A stretch of DNA of 30,861 nt from a virus (lineage: Duplodnaviria > Caudoviricetes). Shown here in pieces: positions 7,623-17,127 of the stretch; positions within the stretch are counted from its first letter, which is position 1, and each line of letters opens with the position of its first letter. Position numbers and translations under genes: made by a program. The notes under the pieces are model-generated. The model was not told where the DNA came from. It saw nothing but the letters and a program-made list of their open reading frames with translations, and ran no database searches. The stretch lies in the IMG/VR virus record IMGVR_UViG_3300020043_001951, positions 1 through 30,861 of that record, one strand, 5' to 3'.

Positions 7623-8273
7623 TCAAAATGGTGGTTCTTCTTCGGTTTCTTGTTTCAGTCCTGCAAGTGCGTTTCGTGCTTCTTCGGCTGTGAGATCATT
7701 CAGGGTTGCTAGTTGTCTGCCGATGATGCCAGCAACAATCTTCACTGGATCACCTTGTTTTCCTGCTTCCCTTTCCAACAGTTTCACCAATCCTGCACCT
7801 GCTTTCCCTGCAGGGTGTTGCACAACATTATTCACCACAGATGTTGGTTGTTGGCGGATGGTGCGTGGTGCGCTGGCTGGTGTGTCTGCTTTTGACCACA
7901 GGTTGATTGCGATTCCGAAACGCATCGCAGCGTTCCTCAATGCGTCACCGATCAGTTCTTTCGCTGCGTCATCTTTGTCTGCTTTGCATGAACCAACACC
8001 AATGATTGTTTTGCCTAGCACTGTCAGTTCAATCCACATGGTTGCGATACCACCTGTGATGTTGATCACTGGCGCACCATCACGCACTTCAAGCGGTTTC
8101 CAATTCCAGTAGGGATCAATCGCAATCAGAATCTTGGTCAGGTCTGCATGTCCTACATAGTCAAGAAACAAATCCTGCCAGTTTCCGTTTTTGTCTTTGA
8201 ATCGTTTGTTCAGTTTGGACACCATCGCAGGATCAGGTGTCGCATACTTTTCAACTATTTCTTCCAACTTCAT
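7623..8273 (-). CDS. Rad52/Sak-like single-strand annealing protein
   Basis: LDYVGHA...DPYWNW...KELIGDALRNAAMRFGIAINLWSK; adjacent to exonuclease. Confidence 0.75.
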   Translation of the reverse strand: MKLEEIVEKYATPDPAMVSKLNKRFKDKNGNWQDLFLDYVGHADLTKILIAIDPYWNWKPLEVRDGAPVINITGGIATMWIELTVLGKTIIGVGSCKADKDDAAKELIGDALRNAAMRFGIAINLWSKADTPASAPRTIRQQPTSVVNNVVQHPAGKAGAGLVKLLEREAGKQGDPVKIVAGIIGRQLATLNDLTAEEARNALAGLKQETEEEPPF

Positions 8274-9202
8274 TTTGTTCCTCCTGTTAGGCGCAGGATG
8301 CGTGTTGGCGCACCTGCGGTTTTGTAGTTCGCAACTATTTCGGGATAGTCGCGTTCAAGGCTTTTTGTGTCCAACCTTGAAACACCTTTGCGTGTTTTGA
8401 ATGTGATCACAGGAACACCACCAAATGTTCCTGCTTCGTGTCCACCTAGCATGCGTGCGATCTTGTCGCGTGCTTTCTGTTCCTCTGTCTCTGCTAGTTC
8501 GCGCTGCTGTTTCCATGCTTGCCATTCATCAAGCAAAGCAACTTCGGATTGTGTGAGTTCCACTGCGCCATCTGGTGTGGGGAACAATCGTTTCACTTCT
8601 GCTTCTGTTGGTTCGGCATCTGCTGGCAGTTCGCCACAGTCAAACATTGCGCCAACCAAATCGGCACGCAACACAAGTTCAGCAATCTGTTCTTGATGGC
8701 TTGATCTGGTGACAGTCCAAGAACCTAAACGCATCTTGCGATCCAACACCACCACCAGCGCAGTGTGCGCATCAGGTACGCAAGCGAACTGTGCCATCAC
8801 TTGCCAAAAGTATTCTTCAGGAAGTTCATCATCGCTTGAGTAGGCGACAGTTGTTTTTGCTTCCACGATTGTTGAACAATCTTCGGTGAGTCCATCCAAT
8901 GTTGCGATGAATCTTCCGTTCGCATACATGACATCTGGTGTGGTCACTGGTTGTTGCAGTATCTGTTCTGCGTAGGTGATCAATGCTGGTTCAAGAATGT
9001 TGCCACGCATCATCGCTGCGTTCGGTTCGTTCACTTCTGGTGGCGACCATTTGCGCAGTGCTAGTGATGTGATCGTTTCGTATTTGCTGACACCAGCAAG
9101 AATTGGTGCTTCGCTTGCGCCGAATCTGACGCGATCTTGTTCATCGCGGTGGCGTATCTGATGCCATTCAAGTGATCCGTGTGGCGGTTTGGGTATCTGC
9201 AT
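8270..9202 (-). CDS. YqaJ/lambda-exonuclease-like recombination nuclease
   Basis: W...R...FGASEA, GNILEP, ATLDG, VEAKT, YFWQVMAQ. Confidence 0.88.
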   Translation of the reverse strand: MQIPKPPHGSLEWHQIRHRDEQDRVRFGASEAPILAGVSKYETITSLALRKWSPPEVNEPNAAMMRGNILEPALITYAEQILQQPVTTPDVMYANGRFIATLDGLTEDCSTIVEAKTTVAYSSDDELPEEYFWQVMAQFACVPDAHTALVVVLDRKMRLGSWTVTRSSHQEQIAELVLRADLVGAMFDCGELPADAEPTEAEVKRLFPTPDGAVELTQSEVALLDEWQAWKQQRELAETEEQKARDKIARMLGGHEAGTFGGVPVITFKTRKGVSRLDTKSLERDYPEIVANYKTAGAPTRILRLTGGTK

Positions 9203-9290
9203 TTTTCCTCCTGTTGTGGGGTCTGGTTTCACGGTAGTGAAGGGGTGCTTCAGAGTTCATATCAGCGTGCGTTATGTGGGGACACATCGG

Positions 9291-9352
9291 GAAACCCTTA
9301 TAAAATAAGGCTCAAATAACTATTGCATTCCTGTATAAGTTCCCCTTATACT
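9291..9352 (+). promoter_or_regulatory. sigmaA-like promoter TTGCAT-N18-TATACT with upstream CCTT-N7-AAGG box (9296-9310)
   Basis: -35 9323-9328, -10 9347-9352; TATAAG-N5-CTTATA palindrome 9334-9350. Confidence 0.75.
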
Positions 9353-9358
9353 TTCTGC

Positions 9359-9799
9359 ATGGCAACAACGCCGAACACAGGAGAAACAGAAATGGAAACC
9401 AAGACAACACCAGCAATCGGAATGAGCGTGTCCTACGGAATCGGATCAGATTCGTACCACGAAATCATCATTGATATGAAGCGCAATGGGCGCACGATCA
9501 CCACAACATCCGCAGAATCATTGTTGAAGGAAGTTGGCATGGATATTGAACAATGGAATGCGCTTACTGATGAAGCACGGGCAGAACACACAATCAAAGC
9601 GTGGGAGACAATTTCAAATGAGATGATCAAGTATTTGATTGATTGTGGGTTTTCAGTATCCAGCGCACAGCAAACGGTGATGGGAAGTTATGCAGACTCA
9701 TACACATTGCGTGCAGATGGTTCGTACCGTTCGCAAGGAAGCAAATATGGATTCATTCGTTTGAACAGTCAGCGTGCATATCAATCACCAGAGTTCTGA
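9359..9799 (+). CDS. Hypothetical protein (cassette B); only credible plus-strand gene; alternative start 9392
   Basis: Own promoter, leaderless ATG, in-frame AGGAG and ATG, own terminator. Confidence 0.8.
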   Translation: MATTPNTGETEMETKTTPAIGMSVSYGIGSDSYHEIIIDMKRNGRTITTTSAESLLKEVGMDIEQWNALTDEARAEHTIKAWETISNEMIKYLIDCGFSVSSAQQTVMGSYADSYTLRADGSYRSQGSKYGFIRLNSQRAYQSPEF

Positions 9800-9814
9800 A
9801 CACACCTGCGAGAA

Positions 9815-9845
9815 GCGCACTGCCAGAAATGGTGGTGCGCTTTTT
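9815..9845 (+). terminator. Intrinsic terminator of cassette B
   Basis: GCGCACTGCCA-GAAA-TGGTGGTGCGC followed by TTTTT. Confidence 0.85.
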
Positions 9846-9851
9846 GCATTC

Positions 9852-10001
9852 TCAAGCAGCGTGCTGGCGTGCCTTCTTGCTGTGCAACTCCTGCTGCAAA
9901 CGCGCTTCCAACTGGATCAACCGTTCAGCATGCTCACCATGCACAACAACCCTGCGCAACATCCAAACCAAATCATGCAATTCATCCACGCTCAACATCA
10001 T
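9852..10001 (-). CDS. Small hypothetical protein (49 aa)
   Basis: AAGGA SD before MMLSVDELHDLVWMLRR. Confidence 0.55.
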   Translation of the reverse strand: MMLSVDELHDLVWMLRRVVVHGEHAERLIQLEARLQQELHSKKARQHAA

Positions 10002-10053
10002 CAATCCTTCAACAAGTGGATTGGCAATCCTAGTTGTATAGGCACAAGTTGTA

Positions 10054-10323
10054 TTAGTTCGGTTTTGCTGGTCGCAACACTTTGATCGTGCGCACCATGT
10101 CCACAGGAATATGAAACAACGCAATGCCTTCCTCTTCGCACAGCGACTGCCACAAAGTGACATGATCCTTCTTGCCTCCTTCATCGGCAGGAACAAGAAA
10201 CCCTGCAGACTGCACCAGCATTTCATCCTGAGAATCAACATCAGTGCTGATCCAACCATGATCACCTGTGTGCGCATCAGCCCAAACAATCAACACAATC
10301 GCGAGATCATCTGCGTTCACCAT
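10054..10323 (-). CDS. Conserved-looking small phage protein (VxWxDAH...W...SxGFL...IP..M)
   Basis: Overlaps the phosphoesterase stop; beta-rich pattern. Confidence 0.7.
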   Translation of the reverse strand: MVNADDLAIVLIVWADAHTGDHGWISTDVDSQDEMLVQSAGFLVPADEGGKKDHVTLWQSLCEEEGIALFHIPVDMVRTIKVLRPAKPN

Positions 10324-11375
10324 TTCTCAACCTTTCTATCTTGCACAAAGATTGGTGCAGTGAATGTCTTGCCATGCTCAGGGGTCATCAACCACATTGC
10401 TTGTGCTGGTTCTTCAAAACCGAAGTTGCCAATCCAACAGTATTCATCAGCACCTTTCAACGATCCGTTCACAATGAACTGTGGCGCAAAGATCAGTGTG
10501 TGCCAATGTCCCATCACCATCAGATCGTATGGTTGATTCACTGCGTTCTGCCTTTGACGCTTCTTCGCATCCAGTCGCATGATCGGCATCATCGCACCAC
10601 CAATACCGTTGCCACCATTCGCTTGATCACCATGCGTGATCAACACTTTGTCACCGTATGACTGCACCACCAAATCTGCACCATCGCTCACATCAAAAGT
10701 GACGCGCTTATCGTTGCGGAATTGGCGTGCCAACATCTGCCCAATGAACCAATCAAAATTGTCGCGTGCGCGCATCTTGGCGCGCGGTTTGCGTGTGCGC
10801 CTACCGTGATTGCCCACTACCACAGGCACATGCACTTTCCCGAAATGATCCGCAAGCATGCTCACACCTGCAGACAGATGGTCAGCCCAATGCAACACAC
10901 TGCCCAACATTGTGTCCTCATTGGTTTCAGATAGTTCTTCGTGAATGTCACCAGAGAAAATGTCGCCAGCAAGAGGCATAACTATTCCGTCATAGGTCAC
11001 ACCAGACCAATAGTCGCGTGACACTTTCACAGCAGATTCAAACAGTTTCTTCATCCGCAGTTCCGCAATCCGCCTGTTGTATGCGTTGCTTCCCATCACT
11101 TCTGCAGGGTTCACAACTTCATCCAAATGCAAATCCGACAACAACAGGAATGGTGTTCCGCGATGCGCTTTTGCTTTCGCAGGTTGCGTCATCCATGTAG
11201 CAGGAGAAGATTTAGAAAGATGAGTTAGCAAACCAAGTTCACGCTGCATCCGTTGCATTGCTTCTTCAGCGATCTTTGCACGCTCACGCGCATCAGCAAC
11301 TTCGCGTTTCGCATCATCCATCTTGCGTTGCAGTTGAATCCGTTCAAGGCTTTCTAGTTCTTCACGCATGCTCAC
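10317..11375 (-). CDS. Calcineurin-like metallophosphoesterase with N-terminal coiled coil
   Basis: All five metal motifs: SDLH, GDIFSG, GNHG, HGD, GHWH. Confidence 0.88.
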   Translation of the reverse strand: MSMREELESLERIQLQRKMDDAKREVADARERAKIAEEAMQRMQRELGLLTHLSKSSPATWMTQPAKAKAHRGTPFLLLSDLHLDEVVNPAEVMGSNAYNRRIAELRMKKLFESAVKVSRDYWSGVTYDGIVMPLAGDIFSGDIHEELSETNEDTMLGSVLHWADHLSAGVSMLADHFGKVHVPVVVGNHGRRTRKPRAKMRARDNFDWFIGQMLARQFRNDKRVTFDVSDGADLVVQSYGDKVLITHGDQANGGNGIGGAMMPIMRLDAKKRQRQNAVNQPYDLMVMGHWHTLIFAPQFIVNGSLKGADEYCWIGNFGFEEPAQAMWLMTPEHGKTFTAPIFVQDRKVEKW

Positions 11376-11595
11376 AAGTGCATTCCTTCCTGCGATGGCG
11401 TGTCACAGAATGATCTTTGATACTGAAACCATGTGACTGCAACAAGCGTGCCAAAGCAGAAGAAGGCACAGCAGGATCATTCAACAGTTCTTCAATTTCT
11501 TCACGCAGTTTCCCTGCAGAATCCAACATGACACGCACAGCGCAATCACCACCAGATTTCCGCAGATGCGATTTCAATTCATCGCGCAGGTTCAT
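11362..11595 (-). CDS. Small putative HTH/metal-binding protein
   Basis: AGGAGG SD; SSALARLLQSHG..SVTRHRRKECTC. Confidence 0.7.
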   Translation of the reverse strand: MNLRDELKSHLRKSGGDCAVRVMLDSAGKLREEIEELLNDPAVPSSALARLLQSHGFSIKDHSVTRHRRKECTCEHA

Positions 11596-11603
11596 TGATC
11601 CTC

Positions 11604-11795
11604 CTACTGGTCAAGATGCCAGTCAATGTGCTTCTTGATGTCGGCTTTTGCTTCTCGCACATCTTCTTTGATTTCTTGCAACACCTGCATGCTATTCGCG
11701 TGCTGTTCTGTGTTCCTTTTGTCCAGCCGACTCAACAACCACATCAAAGGTGAACCGATCAACGCCACGATGATCGGCACATAGATTTCATTCAT
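11604..11795 (-). CDS. Single-pass membrane/coiled-coil protein of the lysis region
   Basis: MNEIYVPIIVALIGSPLMWLL..., HIDWH C-terminus. Confidence 0.7.
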   Translation of the reverse strand: MNEIYVPIIVALIGSPLMWLLSRLDKRNTEQHANSMQVLQEIKEDVREAKADIKKHIDWHLDQ

Positions 11796-11983
11796 ATCCT
11801 GCAAGGCTTTCTGGACATGCGCAGAACCATCGCTGCAAGTATAGAACCCACTATTGCTGTGAGTCTTGTGGTGCAAGGCTTCCAGCCACAATGCCACCAT
11901 TCCGCCTGTATTGCGTTCTAAGCCACGCAAAGCCGTTTCGGGTAGTTAGATACCCCCAAATCAGCCTAGAGCCTTACAGCCGA

Positions 11984-12460
11984 TTAGATAGGTTTATCTA
12001 TCCGCAGGTAGAGAGGAACACGCCAACGCCACGAAGTGTTAGTGATCTCAATGTGCAACCAGCGCGAACTAGGACTGCACATCCCATAGGCGTTCGGTGT
12101 CTGCGGTTTCCAATACGCGACACCATCCTTGCGTTTGCTGATCCAGATTCTGCAACCTTCATAATCGGCAACCATCTGCACACCAAGTTCCTTGCTGTTC
12201 TCAATCAGAAACTTGATCGCTGCTTCTTTCTGCTCAGGTGTGTTGTATGCCCAATCCAACGCTGCACCAAAAGAATGTGTTGAAGGAAGCGTGCCACCCT
12301 TGATCGGTCTGCGGTTGTATGTTCCCCAATTTGCACCGCCAATGTGCTTCACCAAATAATCCTTGATCAGTTCAAGGTTCGGTGAAGTTTTGCGGAACAA
12401 CAAATAGTCCCACTTGGATGCGTTTTGCCAGTAGTAAAAATCTGTGGTGTTTACAGTCAT
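11984..12460 (-). CDS. Putative endolysin, M15-like Zn peptidase (catalytic domain only)
   Basis: R...STHSFGAALD (SxHxxGxAxD) and WLHIE; coupled to holin-like gene. Confidence 0.72.
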   Translation of the reverse strand: MTVNTTDFYYWQNASKWDYLLFRKTSPNLELIKDYLVKHIGGANWGTYNRRPIKGGTLPSTHSFGAALDWAYNTPEQKEAAIKFLIENSKELGVQMVADYEGCRIWISKRKDGVAYWKPQTPNAYGMCSPSSRWLHIEITNTSWRWRVPLYLRIDKPI

Positions 12461-12636
12461 TGTGCGCCTCTTCCAAATGCAGAATCTTCTTCATCCAACC
12501 AACGGATCACAGGTGCGATGATTGACACACCCAAAGCAACCAGCACATCTTTCATGCTCATCCCTGTTGAAGTGATCACCATCAACAAACAAACCAGAAC
12601 AGAACGCGACCATGATTTCAGAAACTCTTTGTTCAT
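12457..12636 (-). CDS. Putative holin, 59 aa (not in ORF track)
   Basis: MNKEFLKSWSRSVLVCLLMVITSTGMSMKDVLVALGVSIIAPVIRWLDEEDSAFGRGAQ; two TM segments. Confidence 0.7.
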   Translation of the reverse strand: MNKEFLKSWSRSVLVCLLMVITSTGMSMKDVLVALGVSIIAPVIRWLDEEDSAFGRGAQ

Positions 12637-12788
12637 GCTGGTTCTCCTAACGCTGCTTGCAGTTCTTCCAATGTTGGTTTCGGTGCATCATTCAACCACA
12701 GCATCCCATCAATATCTTCACCAGATAACGACCAGCCAGAATCAAAACCCAATGCCAACAATGCTTCAATGATTTGTGTGTGCGTCAT
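12633..12788 (-). CDS. XkdW-like small tail-associated protein, 51 aa (not in ORF track)
   Basis: MTHTQIIEALLALGFDSGWSLSG...W...PKPTLEELQAAL; follows tail fibre gene. Confidence 0.6.
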   Translation of the reverse strand: MTHTQIIEALLALGFDSGWSLSGEDIDGMLWLNDAPKPTLEELQAALGEPA

Positions 12789-13276
12789 GCTGAAACCTCA
12801 AAAACTGTGATCGTGGAATCTCCACCAAGTGTTGCACCAACTGTCGCCAAGTTTGCAGATGATCTTCCGCGCACAGCATAGGTGCGTGAAGCAGTTGTTG
12901 AAGGCGAATCAAGATAGGTGATCACAACCGTTCCAGCGTTTGTGGCTGTGGTTGCTGTGTTGAAGTTTGATCCAAGCGTGCTGATTGTGGTTGTTCCTCT
13001 GCGCAGTTCCACATCAAGCGAAGTGTTGTTTGTTGCTTTGTATGCGCCACCCAAACTGACCACCACAAAAATCTTTGATGATGTTGCCTGTGGTGTGATG
13101 TCCACAGTTACACCAGTGATCGCAGTGTAAGTGCTGGTTGCGTTTGACCATGCTGTTGTGCTGGTTGCTGACACCACCTGCAGAATACGAAACGCGCCAC
13201 GAATGCCATTAGCCCATGTTGAAGTTGCAGGATCACCAGTCGCAACTGATGCAGGAAGATCGGTAGGAGTTGCCAT
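12785..13276 (-). CDS. Minor tail/short fibre protein
   Basis: ILQVVSAT, ITPQATSSKIFV, YLDSPSTTASRTY, STITVFEVSA. Confidence 0.75.
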   Translation of the reverse strand: MATPTDLPASVATGDPATSTWANGIRGAFRILQVVSATSTTAWSNATSTYTAITGVTVDITPQATSSKIFVVVSLGGAYKATNNTSLDVELRRGTTTISTLGSNFNTATTATNAGTVVITYLDSPSTTASRTYAVRGRSSANLATVGATLGGDSTITVFEVSA

Positions 13277-13279
13277 GAA

Positions 13280-14386
13280 TCAATATGTCCAATCGTTGTT
13301 GTCCCATTCTCCATACGGAGATTCGCCAGACCATATTAGTGCTGCATTCAAATCTTTGCCTGAAAGATTGATTGTTAAGCGTGTTTCATTCGGTGTTGCT
13401 TCAATCAGTGTTCCTTCGGTGATGCAGTAATAAACCGATGAACGGAACGCAATGGAAACACTTCGGTTCAGTTGGCGAATGTCAGACATCAAGTTGAAGA
13501 AATCTGCTTTCCTTCCGTCACTGGTTTGCATTTCCCACAGTGCAGATATTTGACTAGGCATTGAATCGCGTTCGGCAAACAATCCCAACAAATAATCCGC
13601 ATGTGCTTTTGCTTGCGTGGTGTTGTAATCATACGAACTTTGAACCAGTTCATAATATGGCGCAGAACCCGAAGAAGAAGTTTGTGCAGCCAAACCTAAC
13701 GGTTCTATTCTCACTCTGCTGTAATAATCCTCTGCAGCACTTTTGAATCTCAAAACATCGTATTTGATATTTCCAGAACCCGTCAGATCGGTAAAAGTTT
13801 CTGTGATTGCTGTGCTGACATTTCGTTGAAAAAAATAAACAGTGTCTCCTGTTTGAACAAGGCGACCAACTTCCGTTGCGGAAACCGTGTTTAAGTAATC
13901 CAAGGCGTTTCCTGTGTAGGTCTGTGCAGCAGCAATAGAACGACCAGGGTCTTGAATCATTGTTAAACCCAATGCGGTGCTTGCAGAACTTGCTTGTGAT
14001 CCTGTCGGCAACTGTGACAAAGATTCTGCACTCAAAGTTCTGCGACCCCATCTTGCAAGAATGCCTTCACAACGGATCGTTGCTGTATCAAGATCGGTTG
14101 TTAGACCGTAGTTAATTTGAACATCGCTGATGTAACCATTAAAAACTGTCGCAGTGAATAATCCACTAACAGTTGCTGTGATCTTTATTGGGCGTTTCAC
14201 TCTTGGTTTCGTTGCAGACCATGCAGAAATGTTTCTGCATTCAATCGTGGCAGTTGAAGCATCAAACGGATCAGCAATGTATTGCCTTCCCTGAAATACC
14301 GATAGTGATTGCACATCAGAAAGTGTGTTGCTGTAACCAGTCCCATATGAAACAGACCAAGTGATCGTGTTTCCGTAAGGCATCAA
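13280..14386 (-). CDS. Minor tail (hub/baseplate) protein
   Basis: Directly downstream of tape measure; VFNGYISDV motif, beta-rich. Confidence 0.7.
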   Translation of the reverse strand: MMPYGNTITWSVSYGTGYSNTLSDVQSLSVFQGRQYIADPFDASTATIECRNISAWSATKPRVKRPIKITATVSGLFTATVFNGYISDVQINYGLTTDLDTATIRCEGILARWGRRTLSAESLSQLPTGSQASSASTALGLTMIQDPGRSIAAAQTYTGNALDYLNTVSATEVGRLVQTGDTVYFFQRNVSTAITETFTDLTGSGNIKYDVLRFKSAAEDYYSRVRIEPLGLAAQTSSSGSAPYYELVQSSYDYNTTQAKAHADYLLGLFAERDSMPSQISALWEMQTSDGRKADFFNLMSDIRQLNRSVSIAFRSSVYYCITEGTLIEATPNETRLTINLSGKDLNAALIWSGESPYGEWDNNDWTY

Positions 14387-16455
14387 ATGCCTCCTGCAAC
14401 ACGAATCGGAATTGATCCGTTCTGCCTCTGATAAGTACGCAACGCATTCACCACAGCATTCGGATCATTACTGTTCACAACCACATTGAAATTGTTAGTC
14501 ACAGTCTGATTCACAACATCCTGCTGTGTCGCAATCTGCGCACCATACGGATTCACAGCAGTCGCAAACTGAGTACCAAGTTCCATCCCTGCTTGCGCCA
14601 CCTGACCAAACACACGATTGATCTGGCGTATCTGCTGAATGCCACCATCAACCAACGCTTGCGCAATCGCGGAACCTTCAGTGAGATTCATTCCAAGAAT
14701 CTGCTGCAACGCTGGCTGACCCAAACCTTGACGCTGCAAGGTTGCAAGGTTGCGTGCATAATTCAAAATGTCTCTGCCTTGCTGAGTGAACGCACGCACC
14801 ATTCCTCTGCCTGTTCCACCAACTTCAAAAGCGTCACCAAGATCAAGCAACCCACTGATGCTCTTTGCGATGTCATCACGCAAACTGCGAAACGCTTCCG
14901 CAGCCTTGTCTGCACCTTCGCGCATCGCTTTCAAAAAACGCTCTGCAGGAGTTTCCTGCGGAACTGAAGAACCAACACCGCTCAAACTGGATTTGAAACC
15001 CTCCGTTGCTTTGTATGCACCAGCCAATTCCCTCACTGCAGGAATGCCAGCCAGTGCAGCAAGTTCATTGTCAAGAATGCTTGTCGCATACGCAGCCTGT
15101 TCTGCGCTCAGTGCATAACCCTGAATAGCGTTCGCAGCATTGCCGAACTTTGCTGCAGTGAAATCAACTTGCAAGTTGATGTCATCAAACTCATCAACAT
15201 CACCCAAGAATGGAATCTTGTTGTATGCCTTGATCAGCAAGTTGATTGCATCAGCGAACGCATTGATTGCTGTTTCTAACACGAACAGGATTCCGTTCAA
15301 TGCACCTTCAACAAGTGTCACCAAACCATTCCAAACTTCTTTCATCATGTCGCGGAACGCTTGCGATTTCAGAATCAGATAGGTGAACGCAGCAATGATC
15401 AAACCAACAATCACAGCAATCTGACCAATCACAGGAATGGAAGCAATCGCAGCAGACAAACCAACTGTTGCAATCGTTGCAGCAATCGTTCCTGCTGTGT
15501 ATGCAAGCCATGCTGCAGCAGCACCAGCAAGAATCGCCAACAAACCAGAAACAACTTCTGCTGCAGTGCCACCATTTGTGGTGAAGTTCAAGAACGCACC
15601 AGCAGCAACCTGCAACGCGCCAGCCAAACCACCTTCCTTGAACGCATCAATCACCCTCTGCACAAACGGAAGCACAGTGTTGATCATGTAATTCGCAAAC
15701 GCTTCCATCGCAGGAAGAAGCAGAGTGCCAATGTTCTCTGCAATGTTTTCAAACGCAACCTTGAAACGATCCGCAGAAGTAGCAGTGGCTTCAGCAGTAC
15801 CACCAACCTGCGACTCCACTTCACCCAAAATGATTTTCTGTGCGCTCAACAAATCATTAGAAGCAACCAACGCTTTGATCTGATCCAACTGTGCTTGCGT
15901 GAAGTTAATACCAGAACGCCGAAGTGCAGTGACACCACGCACAGGATCAGACAACGCTTTGCCAAGTTGCACCGCAGCCGAATCGGTAGAACCGAACACA
16001 TTCCCCAAATCCAATGCAGCCTGAGCAGCACGATCAAACACATCGTTCCCTGCACCAACTTCATTGCGCACCTGTTTGAAAGTGAGCAACAAGTTCAGGC
16101 TGGTTTGAATCGCTTCATCATCAATGCCAACTTTCTTTGACAACGAATCAGCCAAAGCACTGATATCACCTGCAGTCATTCCTGCAGCCATGCCAGTTGC
16201 TTTCACAATCGCTTCAGTTTGTTTCAACACCTTCTGCGACTCATACGCAGCAGACACCATTGAACTGATTCCTCTGGTGATCGCAGCGAAACCAACAACA
16301 CCAGCAGCAGCACCAAACAGTTTCCCCAAACCTGCAGTTGCTGGTGCAAGAGAACCAGACAAACCTTTAGCGGAAGCACCGATACCTTTCAGTGCGCGCT
16401 GTGCATCCTTTGCATCGCCAACAATACGGATGGTGAAAGATCGTGCGCGTGCCAT
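14383..16455 (-). CDS. Tail tape measure protein
   Basis: Long Ala/Gly-rich helical protein; QLGKALSDP; hydrophobic central region. Confidence 0.92.
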   Translation of the reverse strand: MARARSFTIRIVGDAKDAQRALKGIGASAKGLSGSLAPATAGLGKLFGAAAGVVGFAAITRGISSMVSAAYESQKVLKQTEAIVKATGMAAGMTAGDISALADSLSKKVGIDDEAIQTSLNLLLTFKQVRNEVGAGNDVFDRAAQAALDLGNVFGSTDSAAVQLGKALSDPVRGVTALRRSGINFTQAQLDQIKALVASNDLLSAQKIILGEVESQVGGTAEATATSADRFKVAFENIAENIGTLLLPAMEAFANYMINTVLPFVQRVIDAFKEGGLAGALQVAAGAFLNFTTNGGTAAEVVSGLLAILAGAAAAWLAYTAGTIAATIATVGLSAAIASIPVIGQIAVIVGLIIAAFTYLILKSQAFRDMMKEVWNGLVTLVEGALNGILFVLETAINAFADAINLLIKAYNKIPFLGDVDEFDDINLQVDFTAAKFGNAANAIQGYALSAEQAAYATSILDNELAALAGIPAVRELAGAYKATEGFKSSLSGVGSSVPQETPAERFLKAMREGADKAAEAFRSLRDDIAKSISGLLDLGDAFEVGGTGRGMVRAFTQQGRDILNYARNLATLQRQGLGQPALQQILGMNLTEGSAIAQALVDGGIQQIRQINRVFGQVAQAGMELGTQFATAVNPYGAQIATQQDVVNQTVTNNFNVVVNSNDPNAVVNALRTYQRQNGSIPIRVAGGI

Positions 16456-16464
16456 GCACACATT

Positions 16465-17127
16465 CTACATACGCAGTTGCGCAAGCCTTTCGCGCGCCAA
16501 CCGCAAAGCACCAACACGATCCAACCCTGCACGCCAAGAGTCATCACACGGTTCATCCCAAAACGAATCAGGGACACGCACCACAACATGATCAGTGTGC
16601 GACTGTTTGCGCACAGGCACAACACCACGAACAGGCACAAACCAATCACCAGAGTTCACCAAAGTTTGATGCACCAAATCAGGTGCATGCTGTGGCAGAA
16701 AGAAAATGCGTGCCACATCTTTAGTCTTGATGTCACCACCCAAACCAATCTGCCGATGCGCACCATGCCACACAGCAGACCAATCGCATGCAGGTACAGG
16801 TGAAGCCAACGGAAGCACCAGATGCCAATGCGGATCATCCGCCTTGTGGCTGAAAGTTGTGTAGGCGACAAACTCCAGATGCGCAATGTTCGGCAACGCA
16901 ACATCCAACGCTTCACCATCCAAATCAATCACCAGCGCATTCACTTGCAACACGCCAGCGTTGCCACGCTTCGCACCATCGGCATAGGTCACTGGCGAAT
17001 ACAGATCACCTGCGAACTTGTCTGCGCGTTCAACATGTTGAAGCAAGCGTGCGCGCAGTTGCGACCAGTCCTCTGCGAACGGATGCACATGCACCGACTT
17101 CACCGAAGGAACACGAACCGCGAACAT
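16465..17127 (-). CDS. Stand-alone AEP-superfamily primase-polymerase-like domain (VirE-N-like); cassette C gene 3
   Basis: SP, LVIDLDG (DxD), YTTFSH...HWHLVLPL, D..TKDVARIFFLP. Confidence 0.7.
   Translation of the reverse strand: MFAVRVPSVKSVHVHPFAEDWSQLRARLLQHVERADKFAGDLYSPVTYADGAKRGNAGVLQVNALVIDLDGEALDVALPNIAHLEFVAYTTFSHKADDPHWHLVLPLASPVPACDWSAVWHGAHRQIGLGGDIKTKDVARIFFLPQHAPDLVHQTLVNSGDWFVPVRGVVPVRKQSHTDHVVVRVPDSFWDEPCDDSWRAGLDRVGALRLARERLAQLRM

Noticed and set aside
10002-10289. 145-aa version of ORF 9852..10289
   Set aside because: Upstream part overlaps the 10054..10323 gene in another frame; only the last 49 aa have an SD
14383-16455. Hydrophobic and quasi-repetitive stretches in the long ORF as a membrane transporter or repeat element
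   Set aside because: Ordinary features of tape measure proteins
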